Positions 9,991-19,642 of a stretch of 64,000 nt of DNA are shown here, piece by piece. Under the pieces are notes generated by a model that worked only from the letters and a program-made list of their open reading frames with translations, was not told where the DNA came from and searched no databases. A program made the position numbers and the translations under genes. Numbering within the stretch: the first letter of the stretch is position 1; the number at the start of each line of letters is the position of its first letter. This DNA comes from Smithellaceae bacterium. GTDB taxonomy: Bacteria > Desulfobacterota > Syntrophia > Syntrophales > Smithellaceae. The DNA is taken from assembly GCA_963667845.2 (NCBI GenBank), contig CAXXVL010000002.1:672001-736000 (forward strand), given 5' to 3'.

Positions 9991-10875
9991 ATGAAAAAAA
10001 TCTGCGTAATCTATGCAAATTGTCAGGGCAGGGGCATTCACACTTTCCTCCGCAAACATGACATCTTCAGCGAGACTTATGAAAATCATCTCTTTGAGAA
10101 TTTCCATGTCATGGAAAATGGCCTGCCTTTGCCGATCGATCTTTTGAAGAAAGCAGATCTGTTTATCTATCAGCCTTTGAAAAGTAAACATGGACAGTAT
10201 GCAACCGATGTTGTCACAGGCTATCTTCCGGCCGCCTGTAAGAAGATTTCCTTCCCGTATGTTTACAATGATGCCTTGTGGCCTCTTTATGAAGATAGCG
10301 ATAAGATCGGAGGTGAGGAAATAATCCTCAAGCTGATTGAAAAAGGCTATTCTTTGAATCGAATCATTAATATGTTTTGCGCACAGGAGATTGATTTCGA
10401 GTTTGGAAGAAGATTTCAAAGATCTATGGAAATTTTGAAGCAAAATGAAGACGGCACGGATCTTAAGGTCTCAGATTACATTATAAAAAATATCAGCAAA
10501 GAAAAAATTTTCCTTACCCAGAATCATCAAACAAGTTCTTTCTACATATACTGCACAAATCAGATTCTAAGACATTTAGGATTTTCTGAAATTGATTTTC
10601 CTGAACGTTTTCATCCCAATGAAACCGGATTACCGGATTGTTGGCCCCAGTCTCCCTATGAGACAAAGCATTATCAATATGCGTACCACTTTGACTGGAA
10701 AACTTTTCATTCGGAAAAGGTTGACAGCAATTGGCATAAATTTCACATAAAAATAATCGGGAAAATATTTATGAGAAAATGCCCGTCATTTCCCTTATCG
10801 TTAATAAGAAAATCATACCTTCGTTATCGGATAGAATTGAGCTTACTTATGGAGAAGGGCTACCTAAATTTGTAG
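9991..10875 (+). CDS. WcbI-like polysaccharide biosynthesis protein
   Basis: IYANCQG N-terminus, DLFIYQP, FLTQNH; AT-rich. Confidence 0.7.
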   Translation: MKKICVIYANCQGRGIHTFLRKHDIFSETYENHLFENFHVMENGLPLPIDLLKKADLFIYQPLKSKHGQYATDVVTGYLPAACKKISFPYVYNDALWPLYEDSDKIGGEEIILKLIEKGYSLNRIINMFCAQEIDFEFGRRFQRSMEILKQNEDGTDLKVSDYIIKNISKEKIFLTQNHQTSSFYIYCTNQILRHLGFSEIDFPERFHPNETGLPDCWPQSPYETKHYQYAYHFDWKTFHSEKVDSNWHKFHIKIIGKIFMRKCPSFPLSLIRKSYLRYRIELSLLMEKGYLNL

Positions 10876-10918
10876 AATGCATATTACTGATTTGTATATT
10901 GTCAGGCTATTTGTTGTC

Positions 10919-12217
10919 TTATGACGCAGATGTCTGCTTTTCGCTGTTCCGACAATTGCCATTTTCTTCGATCTGCCATAAAATGTCGATCATGGCAAAG
11001 AAGATAAACAGATAGATTACCTGCAAACCTATCATGAGATCAACAAACATTCCCTGAATGAGTAAGGACAGACCACAGGCCATAAAGCAAAGATCCCAAT
11101 TTTGGATAAAAACATCCGTTGATTTTTTGTACAATAACCATCCCCTGTGAAAAAACACATACAGGCAAACGGCAAAAAGGCCCAGGCCGATAAAGCCCGT
11201 CCGCACGGTAAGATCGATCAGTGTGTTATGAGGCATGAACGGATTGCCGCCGGTTAGCGGGATAATACTTTGATATTTATGCGGCAATTTTGAATTATTT
11301 CTCACGAAAAAATTAAAGGTATAACTCTCCATGCCGAAACCGATTCCGGTTACAGGGTGATCTTTTATGGATTGTGCGTAGGTATACCAGATGGGCACGC
11401 GACCAATTTCCACTTGTTCAGTGGCTTTGTCCTTCATTGCCTGTATATGAAGCTGGTTTTTAAATGGCGTGAGCAGGATCAGAAATATCATACACGCGAC
11501 AACAAGGATGATGATTTTTTTATTTTTTATTGAAAGAAATGATACCGGAATAAGAAAACCCAGCAGGGCGCCTCTCGCTCCGGATAAGATCACCCCCGAC
11601 GTTGTTAAGATCAAAGGCACCAGCAGAAATAATTTCTTATAAAGATTTTTCTGCGTCGTCAAAAGCACTATGGTAATAAAAATGGCCGGTATAGCTAAAA
11701 ATCCGATATGATTGCTATCTACACCGGCCAGGGGAAATCCGAAACGATCTTGCGGCGCGCCCCCATTTATAACGTAAAAATGTATCATTCCTCCGAGCAA
11801 AAATATCGTTATAGAAATCAAGATGATCCAGGACAACATCATAAGTAGTTTTTTGGATTTGAAGTAGTTCACCAGGAGATAGAATATAAAGAGGTGCTTA
11901 AGCAAATGTGCATAGAAATCGTGAAAAGAATTTCCTTTGTTCAGGACAAACGGAATACAAAATAATACCCAGAGGCTAAATAACAGGAAAGGAACAGTAA
12001 ATGGTGATGTTAACGAAAAATATGTTTGCTTGCGAATGATCAGCAACAGAAGAATTAGGGCAAGGCCATAGAACGATATTTCCTGTATGGCCGTATTGTA
12101 GGGAAAAGGAATAGTAAATATGAATATACCCAACATGACGGGTATACTATTTTCCAAGAATCTGAAAAGGCCTCCCTCCTTTTTCAGAGCAATCAGCTCT
12201 GACATTAAGAACTGCAT
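10919..12217 (-). CDS. O-antigen ligase family membrane protein (WaaL-like)
   Basis: Many TM segments; SGARGA, R..IW, HPVTGIGFG, PHNT, G.IG motifs. Confidence 0.85.
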   Translation of the reverse strand: MQFLMSELIALKKEGGLFRFLENSIPVMLGIFIFTIPFPYNTAIQEISFYGLALILLLLIIRKQTYFSLTSPFTVPFLLFSLWVLFCIPFVLNKGNSFHDFYAHLLKHLFIFYLLVNYFKSKKLLMMLSWIILISITIFLLGGMIHFYVINGGAPQDRFGFPLAGVDSNHIGFLAIPAIFITIVLLTTQKNLYKKLFLLVPLILTTSGVILSGARGALLGFLIPVSFLSIKNKKIIILVVACMIFLILLTPFKNQLHIQAMKDKATEQVEIGRVPIWYTYAQSIKDHPVTGIGFGMESYTFNFFVRNNSKLPHKYQSIIPLTGGNPFMPHNTLIDLTVRTGFIGLGLFAVCLYVFFHRGWLLYKKSTDVFIQNWDLCFMACGLSLLIQGMFVDLMIGLQVIYLFIFFAMIDILWQIEENGNCRNSEKQTSAS

Positions 12218-12486
12218 GGCAAATATTACCTTTTTTGTTTCTTCGCGTAATTCTTACTTTCTAACGATCCGCTTGCAAGTTTGATTATTAAATTCAACAA
12301 CTGTCTGATTAAAGGTATCTTACTGGAATGCCATGTAATATTTCGATATAGGAAAGCATTAAGCCATTTATTGTTTTCTGATTTTGGATTTACATTGCAC
12401 ATCTTGGCCTGTACTTTCTTCCCATTAACAGGAGGGAGAGTTGCTTCTGACCGGCAAATTATTCCGGCAAAAGTGGAGTAACTTCT

Positions 12487-13335
12487 TTACTGAGCCATTT
12501 TCGCAGCGTCCAGAGTGTTCTTCATCAGCATGGCGATCGTCATGGGACCCACGCCGCCGGGAACGGGCGTGATATAAGACGCCTTGGCGGCCACCTCATT
12601 AAAAGCGACATCACCTGCCAGTTTGCCGTTTTCCAGACGGTTGACGCCGACATCGATCACGACAGCGCCTTCCTTCACCATGTTGGCAGTGATCATTCGC
12701 GTCTTCCCCACTGCGGCAATCAGTACATCCGCGCGCGAGGTTACGCCGGGCAGGTCTCTTGTTTTGGAATGACAGATCGTAACCGTTGCATTTTGTGACA
12801 GAAGCAATAGCGCCATGGGCTTGCCGACGATGTTGCTTCGCCCGACGACAACCGCATCCTTTCCTGAAAGTACGATTCCGGTGCGGGCAATCAACTCCAT
12901 GATTCCCCGGGGCGTGCAGGGAATAAAGAGCGGCGATCCGGTCACAAGACCGCCTACATTATACGGATGAAAGCCATCCACGTCTTTGTGCGGATCGATA
13001 GCGGCAATGATTTTATCGGTGGCGATGTGCTTGGGCAGAGGCAACTGAACTAAAACACCGTGAATCAGGCGATCATGGTTGAGATCGTTGATCAGATCGA
13101 GTAGCTTTGATTCGGGGGTATCGACGGGCAACTTATATTCGCGCGAAAGAAAGCCGACCTCCGCACAGGCTTTGCCTTTTCTTCCCACGTACACTTGAGA
13201 TGCCGGATCTTCACCAACAAGCACAACAGCCAATCCCGGAACAATGCCGGTCTTGTCTTTAAAGGTGACCGTTTCTTCGCGGATTGTCTGACGGATATCT
13301 TGTGCTATCTTCGTGCCGTCTATAATGATTGACAT
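12487..13335 (-). CDS. folD: Methylenetetrahydrofolate dehydrogenase/cyclohydrolase
   Basis: KDVDGFHP, PCTP.G, GRSNIVGKP, TPVPGGVGPMT. Confidence 0.97.
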   Translation of the reverse strand: MSIIIDGTKIAQDIRQTIREETVTFKDKTGIVPGLAVVLVGEDPASQVYVGRKGKACAEVGFLSREYKLPVDTPESKLLDLINDLNHDRLIHGVLVQLPLPKHIATDKIIAAIDPHKDVDGFHPYNVGGLVTGSPLFIPCTPRGIMELIARTGIVLSGKDAVVVGRSNIVGKPMALLLLSQNATVTICHSKTRDLPGVTSRADVLIAAVGKTRMITANMVKEGAVVIDVGVNRLENGKLAGDVAFNEVAAKASYITPVPGGVGPMTIAMLMKNTLDAAKMAQ

Positions 13336-13403
13336 GCCTGACCTTTCTGACTCTATTTATTTAAGTATCGGACCCGCTCAAAAATTTCAAACGGATCAGA
13401 AAC

Positions 13404-13446
13404 GTGAGGCGCGCCGATGTTCGGAGCACACGCCGGCGCGCCTCAC
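13404..13446. terminator. Strong GC-rich hairpin between the YtfJ-like gene and folD
   Basis: Perfect 13-bp stem GTGAGGCGCGCCG / CGGCGCGCCTCAC; weak U-tract on the minus strand. Confidence 0.5.
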
Positions 13447-13469
13447 AAACAATTATAATGAGGGATTCA

Positions 13470-14000
13470 TCATTTGACTTGATATTCTTTTATGATTTTC
13501 AAAACTTTATCTACTTCGGCCGCAGGCAGTTTGCCATTGTAAACATAGCGGCAAATTCGATCCTTGTCCAGAATGACCACACTTGAGGTATCATTTTTCA
13601 ATCCCCAGAGATTGAGAATCGTGTAGTCATAATCCAGCAATATAACAGCGCCTGTTTTGTCCTGCTTGCTCTTGATCACGCTCTTAAGCAGGAAATTCGG
13701 CATTTTACTGGCCTTCAAATTCGTGATCCCCAACCCTTTATACCGGACGTTGCGTTCCAGTCCCGGGTCTTTGAGCAAAGCATCTTCCACGTGCGAATTT
13801 AGATCTTTTTCGTCAGGGTCAACATAAAAGACGGACATAACCTTCCCTTGAAATTCGGGCGAATGCAGGCTGTAGGCCTTGCCCTTCGAATCTTTCAGAG
13901 AAAAATCAGGCGCCTTGTCGCCAACTTTCAACTCCGCCGCGAAACCGCCCAGAACGCCGCACAACAGCATGATCAATACCATTGCCAGAACTTTTTTCAT
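13470..14000 (-). CDS. Exported YtfJ-like / thioredoxin-fold protein
   Basis: Signal peptide MKKVLAMV...; LKVGDKAPDFSL; no CxxC; start moved to ATG 14000 after AGGAG. Confidence 0.65.
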   Translation of the reverse strand: MKKVLAMVLIMLLCGVLGGFAAELKVGDKAPDFSLKDSKGKAYSLHSPEFQGKVMSVFYVDPDEKDLNSHVEDALLKDPGLERNVRYKGLGITNLKASKMPNFLLKSVIKSKQDKTGAVILLDYDYTILNLWGLKNDTSSVVILDKDRICRYVYNGKLPAAEVDKVLKIIKEYQVK

Positions 14001-14213
14001 TTTCCCACTCCTTTTGTGTCCCGCCGATTTCCTGATCCACGAAATGAATTCGCGCACTGATTTTCAAATTGCCGCGAAATTATAGGGTAAAAGAATATCA
14101 CTGGCAAGGAAAAAGAATCGTCTCTGGCGGGATTCGGGCGTCTTACTTTGGGCGCTTGAAATAATTAAATTTCTTTGCTAATGGTGAATCAGTTTTAAGG
14201 AGGTCATAAAGCT

Positions 14214-15692
14214 ATTAATCTTATACAATTACTGGAAGATTCCGTCGAACGCTATGCCAACCGGCCTGTCCTGATCGCGGATGATCGCCGCATTACATAC
14301 AAGCAATTGTATGCGACTGTTCAAAGCGTTGCACAATCCCTGCAAGCCAGAGGAATCAAGAAAGGCGACACGGTCGCTCTCATGCTGCCGAACGTCCCGG
14401 AGTTTGTTTACTGCTATTTTGCCGGCATCAAGCTGGGTGCTGTTGTCGTCCCCTTGAACACATCGTCTACGCCCTCCGAACTGCTTTACCTGCTCAATAA
14501 TAGCGACGCCCGAATTTTCATCACGCAAGCCTCGGGGGCCAAGAAATATCTGGAGATTAAGGATCAGCTCTTGACGTGCCATTCGCTTTATGCCGTGGAC
14601 GAGGAGGAGGCCATCTCCGCTGTCAACGGCAAGATTCCCGTTGATGAAAAGGCCATCAATACAAGCATCGGTCCCGACGACCCGGCGGAAATGATCTATA
14701 CGGCGGGATTGACCGGCAAGCCGCTGGGTGCGGTCCTGACTCATTGCAATCTCTGCTCGCAACTCAATATGATTCAGCCTATTTTTCGAAGAGAGCCTTC
14801 CGATATCGGGCTGTGCCTTATCCCTCTCTTCCATTCCTTCGGTGCCACCGTGAACATGCTGAATGTTGTTCAGGCGGGTTGTTCCACCGTGATGATGGAT
14901 CGATTAACCATGGACGGTCTTTTCTCCACCATCGAAAGGGAAAAAATAACATACATCTGCGCCGTTCCCCGCCTCTACATCGGGATGGTCTTTTATGAAA
15001 AAGCGGCAAAGTATGATGTGAGTTCTTTGAAGCTTTGCGTCACCGGCGGTTCGCCCATGCCGGCTGATTTCATCCCCGTTTTTGAGCAGAAACTGGGCGT
15101 CCGTATCCTGGAAGGCTATGGACTAACCGAGGCATCCCCGGCCTGTTCGTTCAACAGAATAGAATCCCCGGCAAAACCCGGATCCATCGGTTCCGCTCTC
15201 ACCGGCATTGATATCAAAATTGTTGATGATGCGGGGCGGGAACTTGGCCGCAATGAAATCGGCGAGGTGATTGTCCGGGGCGCCAACGTCATGAAGGGGT
15301 ATTATAAGGATGAAGCGGCGACCGCTGCCGTGATCAGAGACGGCTGGCTTTATACCGGAGATCTGGGCAGAATGGACGAGGACAATTACATTTTTCTGAC
15401 GGGCATCAAGAAAAGGATGATCATCACCAGCGGCTTTAATGTCTATCCGCGGGAAGTGGAAACGGTTCTGAATCTGCATCCGGCGGTGCTGGACTCACGG
15501 GTAATTGGCAAGGAGGACTTGATGCGGGGTGAATTGGTGAAAGCGCAGATTGTCCTGCGCGATGGACTTCATCCGGACGACAAAGAAATCATCCGACATT
15601 GCAAAGTGTATCTCTCTCCTTATAAAGTCCCTCGGGAAGTTGAATTTGTGGCATCTATTGCAGACTCAAACCACCCGCAGGAAATCACCTGA
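14214..15692 (+). CDS. Long-chain acyl-CoA ligase-like AMP-binding protein (atypical motifs; probable ATT start)
   Basis: GDTVALMLPN, PLFHSFG, EGYGLTE, GWLYTGDLG; homologous N-terminus extends to ATT 14214, which follows TAAGGAGGT. Confidence 0.85.
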   Translation: MNLIQLLEDSVERYANRPVLIADDRRITYKQLYATVQSVAQSLQARGIKKGDTVALMLPNVPEFVYCYFAGIKLGAVVVPLNTSSTPSELLYLLNNSDARIFITQASGAKKYLEIKDQLLTCHSLYAVDEEEAISAVNGKIPVDEKAINTSIGPDDPAEMIYTAGLTGKPLGAVLTHCNLCSQLNMIQPIFRREPSDIGLCLIPLFHSFGATVNMLNVVQAGCSTVMMDRLTMDGLFSTIEREKITYICAVPRLYIGMVFYEKAAKYDVSSLKLCVTGGSPMPADFIPVFEQKLGVRILEGYGLTEASPACSFNRIESPAKPGSIGSALTGIDIKIVDDAGRELGRNEIGEVIVRGANVMKGYYKDEAATAAVIRDGWLYTGDLGRMDEDNYIFLTGIKKRMIITSGFNVYPREVETVLNLHPAVLDSRVIGKEDLMRGELVKAQIVLRDGLHPDDKEIIRHCKVYLSPYKVPREVEFVASIADSNHPQEIT

Positions 15693-15851
15693 AGAACTCG
15701 CTTCTTAACGGGATCAAATCATTTGGCCGGCAGAAGTTTACCTGCATTTCATATTGGTACGTGGCTTGAACAAACGGTGAATGAATTGATTGCATTGCGG
15801 CATCTTCCATAAAATGCAATTTGTTTGTTTCCGGAATACGACGACATTCCC

Positions 15852-16991
15852 CTAGTTGACCGTTTTCCAGTTTGTCAGAAGCAGCTCGGCCGCCGCTTGA
15901 TGGCCCGCCACGGACCAATGATCGTCATAATCCAAATAGAATTTTCTGCCGTCGGGTGTCTTTCTTACAAAACTTTCGAAATCAATAAAATGCATGGATG
16001 GATTTTCTAAAGCGAACTCCCTGATAACCCACCGACGGTTATCGGCCTTGTCTTTCTGATACAAGATAGATTTGTCCGACGCATCAATAATATAAAAGGG
16101 TGTTTGACCTGCGTCTTTATGAAGACGATTCAGGCAGTACATGAAAAACTTTTGATGCTCTTCATCGAGGGTGGATTGCGCGGGCGGATCCATCGGGGGA
16201 GGAAAGTCATACCCCTGCGGCGGTTTGTCGATGCCCAGCGATGTTTTGATTTTCTTGTCAAACAGCGGCCGAAATATCCGGGCATGATAGGCCTTTAAAT
16301 AAGTACGACGGCGAAATTTATCCCAGGACCAATAATCGTCCTGTTGACGGGCAACCATGGCCCGATAATTCTTTTCATCGTCGGGACCGGCATGATATTC
16401 GAGGTCATAATGGCCCGCTGCATCTTTCTTGATTTCCGCGAGCAAGTCGTTGGGACAAAAGACATAGACCACAGCAACCGGTTTGATCATACCTACATAG
16501 AATTCAAAGCACCGCACAATACTGTCAATGTCATATCCGGAAATAGCCAGATTGATGACCTGATAGGCAGGGTCTCTCTTCTGCAGCTCCTTTTCCAGGA
16601 TTTGCCCCATTGTCTCGTTCCATTGGACACCCCAGCCGAAAGCGAAGGAATCGCCCAGCAGCATGATGTTTTTTCTTCCTTTGGACAAGTCCCATTCCGG
16701 TCCCCTGAAACCCTGTGAATTGGTGTCAACCGTATAGTCCAGTTGCCCGGGATAATACTGGCGGATGTTGTGCAAATTTTTCTGCAACGTATAAATCAGT
16801 TGAGGATGGTACTGCCCGTATAGCCCTTGGATGACGGGACGCCTGGCTCCGTAGACAGATTCCTCAAGTGTCCGAATCTTGAGAAAGGGCAGGGTGAATT
16901 CCACCAATGCCAGAACTAAACACAGAGAAAATGCCAACAACAGGACGTTGCCTGTATAATGTCGTATTTTTTGTTTTACAGATGACTTCAT
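15852..16991 (-). CDS. SGNH/GDSL hydrolase with N-terminal membrane anchor
   Basis: LLGDSFAFGWG, INLAISGY, ND, DDHW. Confidence 0.85.
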   Translation of the reverse strand: MKSSVKQKIRHYTGNVLLLAFSLCLVLALVEFTLPFLKIRTLEESVYGARRPVIQGLYGQYHPQLIYTLQKNLHNIRQYYPGQLDYTVDTNSQGFRGPEWDLSKGRKNIMLLGDSFAFGWGVQWNETMGQILEKELQKRDPAYQVINLAISGYDIDSIVRCFEFYVGMIKPVAVVYVFCPNDLLAEIKKDAAGHYDLEYHAGPDDEKNYRAMVARQQDDYWSWDKFRRRTYLKAYHARIFRPLFDKKIKTSLGIDKPPQGYDFPPPMDPPAQSTLDEEHQKFFMYCLNRLHKDAGQTPFYIIDASDKSILYQKDKADNRRWVIREFALENPSMHFIDFESFVRKTPDGRKFYLDYDDHWSVAGHQAAAELLLTNWKTVN

Positions 16992-17019
16992 AACACTTTT
17001 TCTTTAACGGATATTCGAC

Positions 17020-17120
17020 TCAACCACCTCGCAACAAGCTGTCGAGGTATGAAATGAACGTCATTATTGCGCAGCAAGCGACGGAGAATTAACGCTCGTC
17101 CCGCTTAAGCGGGATTAAAA
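17020..17120. repeat. Dispersed short repeat element, copy B (longer form, two hairpins)
   Basis: Hairpins ACCTCG..CGAGGT (17026-17048) and TCCCGC-TTAA-GCGGGA; similar to 8842-8903. Confidence 0.8.
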
Positions 17121-17273
17121 CAACGTGTAAATAAAAGGAGCAATGACCGATCCTTCCGCAAAAATCAGCAACGAACCAATAAGCAGCAAAAATAGTAAAA
17201 TCGGAACGAGCCACCATTTTTTGCGGACTTTCATATATTCCCATAACTCGGACACAATTGACAACTTACTCAT
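17115..17273 (-). CDS. DUF5989 (SxtK-like) small membrane protein, 52 aa, absent from the ORF track
   Basis: Manual translation MSKLSIVSELWEYMKVRKKWWLVPILLFLLLIGSLLIFAEGSVIAPFIYTLF; RKKWWLxP and APFIYTLF hallmarks; GAGG upstream. Confidence 0.9.
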   Translation of the reverse strand: MSKLSIVSELWEYMKVRKKWWLVPILLFLLLIGSLLIFAEGSVIAPFIYTLF

Positions 17274-17306
17274 CGTTCTAATACCTCGCAGATATCCATA
17301 AATATT

Positions 17307-17723
17307 TTAGAATTGTCTTTCATAGCGTGATTTTTCGACTGGCACTTCTTTTCGTTCGATCCAATAGCTGGATGCTTTCTTATCCATTTCCAGATCGAGA
17401 AATTTTTTACCGCAGAGACGCCCGATCAGGCCGATGGGTGTCACCATACCATAGAAAACAATCAGCATAATGACCTTGGTCATGATAAAACCCATGACAA
17501 CGGCCAATGCCATCCATACCTTTTGTAACGGTTTCAATAAGACAGGTAAAGTGAGACCCGATACGATAAAAGCAATTCCGACAATGAAACTATATAGAAA
17601 ATAATCATTCTTCTTCCAGAGAAGATAAAACCCGCCCAGGACAAAAATGATCCCCATCGCCAGTCCGAATTTTCGCAGATCGGACCTTTCACTTTTGATA
17701 TTCTTAATTTCTTCAATGATCAT
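17307..17723 (-). CDS. SxtJ-family membrane protein
   Basis: LRKFG, PL...WM.LA..MG, TPIG, SYWI, YERQF. Confidence 0.85.
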   Translation of the reverse strand: MIIEEIKNIKSERSDLRKFGLAMGIIFVLGGFYLLWKKNDYFLYSFIVGIAFIVSGLTLPVLLKPLQKVWMALAVVMGFIMTKVIMLIVFYGMVTPIGLIGRLCGKKFLDLEMDKKASSYWIERKEVPVEKSRYERQF

Positions 17724-17728
17724 CGCTG

Positions 17729-19546
17729 TCAGTCATTCTCGAATTTTTTGAGCCAGTCAATATCTTTATCCAGGGGGCGTTGCTGCTCTTTATTCAACAG
17801 ATAATTCCCCATAATCAGGTAATCCATATCCGTTCGCATAAAACATAAATAAGCATCTTCGGGTGTGCAGACAATGGGTTCGCCCCGGACGTTGAAGGAG
17901 GTATTGATAACCACCGGAGTACCATACTTTTCACCAAATTGTTTGATCATTTGATAGTAGCGCGGATTTGTTTCTTCCGTCACGGTTTGAACTCTGGCCG
18001 AATAGTCTACATGGGTGACGGCCGGGATCACGGAACGGACCACATGGAGTTTGTCTAAACCAAAATAAGCCTGCTCCTGAAGATTCATTTCTTTTCGAAT
18101 GTCTTCTTTCACCGGCGCAACGAGCAGCATATAAGGACTTTCCCTGTCCAGATCAAAATAATCAGTCACTTTTTCTTTCAGAACACTTGGCGCGAAGGGT
18201 CGAAAACTTTCCCGAAATTTAATTTTCAGGTTCATAATCTCCTGCATTTTAGGCGACCTTGCATCACCGATAATCGATCGGTTTCCCAAAGCCCGCGGCC
18301 CAAACTCCATCCGCCCCTGAAACCACCCGATTGTTTTTTGATCGGCAATTAAATCAGCAATGGTCACCGGAATGCTTTCATCCGGCAGTTCTTGATGAGG
18401 AATATTCTTTGCGAGGAGGTATTGCCTGATCTCATCATTGCTGAAGTCCGGCCCCCAGAAACTCCCCTTCATCACATCTTTTTGTCCATCGGCTGTCCGG
18501 CTATTCTCCAGATATTGGTACCAGGTAAATAACGCGGCTCCCAAGGCACCGCCGGCATCGCCGGCCGCCGGTTGTATCCAGATATTCTCGAAAGGCCCTT
18601 CGCGGAGTATGCGCCCGTTACCAACGCAATTAAGGGCTACACCGCCGGCCAAGCAGAGATTCTTCTGGCCTGTCTCCTGATGGATGTGGCGGCACATCCG
18701 AAGCATGACTTCTTCCGTCACATCTTGTACGGAACGGGCCAGATCCATTTCTCTTTGAGAAATGTTGGATTCCGGCCTTCGCGCAGCCCCACCGAATAGT
18801 TTGTCAAATTTTTTATTGGTCATGGTCAGACCGACGCAGTAATTGAAATACTTCATGTTCAATTTAAAGGAGCCGTCTTCTTTTAGATCAATCAATTCGG
18901 AAAGGATCAAATCCTTGTAAACGGGCCTTCCATAAGGCGCCAATCCCATGACCTTGTACTCTCCGGAATTCACTCTAAATCCCGTATAGTAGGTAAAGGC
19001 GGAATAAAGCAAACCCAGAGAATGAGGAAAACGGATTTCGGAAAGGATCTTGAGGGAATGATTTCGACCGATGCCGTAACTGGTCGTTGTCCATTCGCCC
19101 ACTCCGTCGATAGTGAGAAATGCCGCTTCCGGAAACGGCGAAGGGAAAAAAGCAGCAGCGGCGTGAGATTCATGGTGCTCGGGGAAAATGACCGGACCTT
19201 CAAAATTAAGTTGCTTGGTGATTAATTCTTTCATCCAGAGTTTTTGCTTTATCCACAGGGGAATCGCCATGACAAACGATCGGATGCCCAAAGGGGCATA
19301 AGCCAGATAGGTTTCGAGAATACGCTCGAATTTTATAAAGGGTTTGTCGTAGAAAGAGACAAAATCCAGATCTTCGCCCTTAATTCTTCCCTTCTCCAGA
19401 CAATAGTTTATGGCATGTGCGGGAAAGGCAAAATCATGCTTCTTGCGGGTAAAGCGCTCCTCCTGGGCTGCCGCAATGATAGCTCCATCCCGCACGAGGC
19501 ATGCGGCGCTATCGTGATAAAATGCCGATATTCCTAAAATATTCAT
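17729..19546 (-). CDS. Carbamoyltransferase (NodU/CmcH family)
   Basis: ILGISAFYHDSAA, EERFTRKKHD, EHH.SHA, DGVGE, GGVALNC, EFGPRALG.RS, NTSFNVRGEPIV. Confidence 0.95.
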   Translation of the reverse strand: MNILGISAFYHDSAACLVRDGAIIAAAQEERFTRKKHDFAFPAHAINYCLEKGRIKGEDLDFVSFYDKPFIKFERILETYLAYAPLGIRSFVMAIPLWIKQKLWMKELITKQLNFEGPVIFPEHHESHAAAAFFPSPFPEAAFLTIDGVGEWTTTSYGIGRNHSLKILSEIRFPHSLGLLYSAFTYYTGFRVNSGEYKVMGLAPYGRPVYKDLILSELIDLKEDGSFKLNMKYFNYCVGLTMTNKKFDKLFGGAARRPESNISQREMDLARSVQDVTEEVMLRMCRHIHQETGQKNLCLAGGVALNCVGNGRILREGPFENIWIQPAAGDAGGALGAALFTWYQYLENSRTADGQKDVMKGSFWGPDFSNDEIRQYLLAKNIPHQELPDESIPVTIADLIADQKTIGWFQGRMEFGPRALGNRSIIGDARSPKMQEIMNLKIKFRESFRPFAPSVLKEKVTDYFDLDRESPYMLLVAPVKEDIRKEMNLQEQAYFGLDKLHVVRSVIPAVTHVDYSARVQTVTEETNPRYYQMIKQFGEKYGTPVVINTSFNVRGEPIVCTPEDAYLCFMRTDMDYLIMGNYLLNKEQQRPLDKDIDWLKKFEND

Positions 19547-19642
19547 TTTGTCTTAATGAACCGATCCTTATAAACTTCGGATGAAAAGTGTATTCTTCTT
19601 TACCCGATCAAATTCCTTTTACATTCAAATCCAGGACCAACT

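Noticed and set aside
13336..13469. ZTP or THF riboswitch before folD
   Set aside because: Only a single hairpin; conserved aptamer motifs not seen
17115..19546. Saxitoxin biosynthesis cluster
   Set aside because: Only the widespread SxtI/J/K-like trio is present; no sxtA/sxtG or other core genes
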